Below, one piece after another: positions 61,395 to 64,000 of a stretch of 64,000 bases of DNA. A model generated the notes under the pieces. That model worked only from the letters and a program-made list of their open reading frames with translations, was not told the origin of the DNA and did no database searches. The stretch covers positions 422,896 to 486,895 of the forward strand of contig JAAOMT010000029.1 of NCBI GenBank assembly GCA_016748015.1. The letters run 5' to 3'. The stretch's first letter is position 1; each line of letters opens with the position of its first letter. The position numbers and the translations under genes were made by a program. This DNA is from Geosiphon pyriformis uo1. Taxonomy: Eukaryota > Fungi > Glomeromycota.

Positions 61395-64000
61395 ATTTAT
61401 TTTATTTAACGCATTTAACGAGTGTAGCCCAATCGCTATCTAGTACATAGAACCAAACTAAGAGGCTCAAACTAAACGTGACTCATGCACTTTCTACATG
61501 TGGCTAGCCATTCAGGCCAGACAAGGCAATACTACACATCTATAACTACCCACACACTGCCACCCAGGCCAGAAAAGAAACAAAAAGGCTTCCGATGACC
61601 AAAGCTAACAGCAAAGGAATTGGCCAAACCAAGCAATCTTACAACACTGTCAGACAAAACCGAAGACACACCACAAGGGAGCCCAGAAACAACACCAACA
61701 TCACAGACCAGACCAGCCTTCTCCATCACCACCCGGTGGCTGGCTCTAGCCAACCATACCTTAGCATGATGTAGACCAACAACAAACCTGACATAATCAA
61801 CAATCCTAGCAGTGGCCACCTTTCTATCCTCAAAAACATCGCAAGCCTTCTTATACCACTCCTCCAGCACAAACTCTTTGCACACCAAAGTGTACAGCCC
61901 AACATCAATAGAACATTGAGACAAAACCCGCAACACAGCAGAAGCAGAGAAACCACCAGCCAAAGCTGACTAACGAGCAGAAGCCTCTGCCAAAATCTCA
62001 CCACAAATGCCAAACTCATGAACACAAGTAAAAACGTGGTCAGAGAACTCTACCTCACCGTAAAACAAACACAACACACTAGGGTAGCATTTATCATACA
62101 ACCTCTTCCTAATGGCCACCGGCAACCTCCTGTGCACAGCCTTCATAACATAAGTGTGAAGCGATGAGGATGTGCGGCTAGTAAACCCAACAAGCATATG
62201 AGAATCAGGATGCCACACCTTTGCCATAACAATCCAGTCTATGCAACCAATCATCGCATCCGGAACTACATCACAACCAGGCCCAGCTTCCCAACGAGCA
62301 CAACGAATTGATCGAAAAATATTTCTAACAAAATGACGGGCATTACCAGAAACAGCAACACCCTCAGCAACCAAAAAATGTTCACGCACATCGGCATAAA
62401 GGGAAAAGGGAAACCCAGAGGCAGCCCCAGCAGCCAAGTCAGCTCTCACATTACCAGGAATCCCAGAGTGTCCTTTCACCTTAACCCAACTCACACTAAG
62501 ATCCTTATCCCTGACCAAATTGAAAATATGACGTCTTTCCAGCCAGCATGGATTACAGAAATCAGGAGCAACCAAAGACATCTCAGACACACATGCGTCA
62601 ATGGCAGCCTGGCTGTCAAGACGCAACACCACGGTACTTGAAGAAGGAACACACTCCAAAGCCAAAGTGACAGCCTGTAACTCGGCCATAGTAGATGACA
62701 AAAGACCACGAACAGCGACACCAATACTCATATCCAAGACTGGAAAGTACGCAGCAGCACTACAGACGACCTCAGCAGAGCCTGCATTCCTCAAAGACCC
62801 ATCCATAAAAACTTCAAAAGAGCCTGACCAAATGTCATGCAATCCATCTTTAACTGCAGAAAACTCCCCAGACCTCAAAATGTCCAAACCAAGCTTTTCT
62901 GCTGAGCCAACAGAACCAGAAAATGAGTAACCCTGACCTTTCAAAAACTCAGAAGAAACCATGAACCAGTAAGGCACAGGGCCACGCGGATCCAACCTCT
63001 TCCAATGACGAAAAGTTTTTCAATCCAACAAAACACCTTTCTTATCAAAAAGCCGATCACCAAAAACGACACCAAAACGTTTAAGAGATTTGACCGAATC
63101 AAAATACAGAGACTTTCCAAGAGCAGAGGACAATGGGAACTGACCAGGACTATGAAATGCAGTGGGGAGGTTGTTCACCAAAGTAAGCTCATTGCCCAGA
63201 AAGATTTTCACCATCCCAGCCAAAAAATTGTTCACCGGACTAACATGCAACCTGACCGGAAACTGCAAAGAATCCAAAGGAGCCCAACCAAGAACCTGTA
63301 GGTCTAAAAACCTATGTCTAAACAAATGCCCAAGAATGCCAAAAGCATTAGAGAATGCCATCAAAGCAGCAACCTTCCCTTCAGACTGCACCTGCTCAAA
63401 AAACTTTAGGCCATACAATGAGGGATGATGCAAAGCAGTGTCAGGAAAATCACGGGGGAGACAGACCTTGGATCTAAGACCCTTTCTAACCAAGACATCT
63501 CACTTGCGACAAACATTAGATGAGACAAAACTGAACTAAGTACAATAGCTAACAATAGGCTGCAAAACAGCCGACACCAGATATGAGAATTGTTTGTCTG
63601 TAATAGCCTTCTTAAGCACAACATTGACGAAGAAACGTACATCCGTATGAGCCTTGGCAACACTTGGCTTGGAGAGCCCCTCAGTCGACAGAAAAATACC
63701 CAGATACCGATGTGCTTCCCCTTTCTTGGCAATAGAGATTGGCTGACCACAAATATTCAGTGAAGCAACTTTAATGCCCTGATTGATGGGAATAGCCACC
63801 GTCTTCTCACTATTGATAGAAATGTCATTGATCACAAAAAATTTACTGGCAATGTTCAGAGCATATTGAGTAGAAGCCTGACAATTTCCAACCCAGATTG
63901 TATCATCAACAAACGCACCAGCCGAAAAATACGATGTTAAACCACTACTGCCCTCAATTCTGCCAGATTTCGAGACAAACTTAGTATCAATCTGGTACTC
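61395..64000 (-). mobile_element. LINE L4, 3' part (RT end, RNase H, Cys motif, 3'UTR, TAAA tail); less mutated copy; continues beyond window end
   Basis: GAFVDDTIW at ~63895-63920; RNase H DGSL...AELQA...DSQAA...VKGHSGIPGNVRAD in ORF 61970-62995; CpGs retained. Confidence 0.92.
61532..64000 (-). pseudogene. L4 ORF2 C-terminal part (RT, RNase H, zinc-finger-like)
   Basis: Long ORF pieces 61532-63835 separated by a few TGG>TGA/TAG-type stops. Confidence 0.88.

Noticed and set aside
62333-63428. Plus-strand ORFs of 88-109 aa
   Set aside because: Antisense shadows of LINE ORF2; the same applies to most short opposite-strand ORFs in the track.

Overview
This window looks like eukaryotic (fungal-type) repeat-rich DNA made almost entirely of nested, decayed retrotransposons. 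I found no host gene, RNA gene or CRISPR array. It contains four near full-length Ty3/Gypsy LTR elements from three families: A (2349-9953 +), B1 (11608-21886 +), B2 (27013-47383 +) and C (~30667-40815 -, nested inside B2). There are also three clear solo LTRs, several LTR or element relics, and five LINE copies or fragments; the best-preserved ones show APE, RT and RNase H domains. All copies are pseudogenised by pervasive C>T/G>A transitions, and the oldest layers are reduced to near-pure AT. The translated products resemble, from memory only, repeat-derived hypothetical proteins of Glomeromycotina (Geosiphon-like); this is unverified. The most notable signal is a Gypsy architecture shared by all three families: pol stops 4 codons after the RNase H 'ADxLSR' motif, and integrase follows as a separate ATG-initiated ORF in another frame. 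A conserved non-env ORF3 then runs to the PPT. Families B and C also carry a Cys-rich domain, a dUTPase and a possible second degenerate dUTPase-like domain between PR and RT, and their gag may start at GUG. All clear insertions make 4-bp TSDs, and all three families share one PBS (probably tRNA-Ile UAU).
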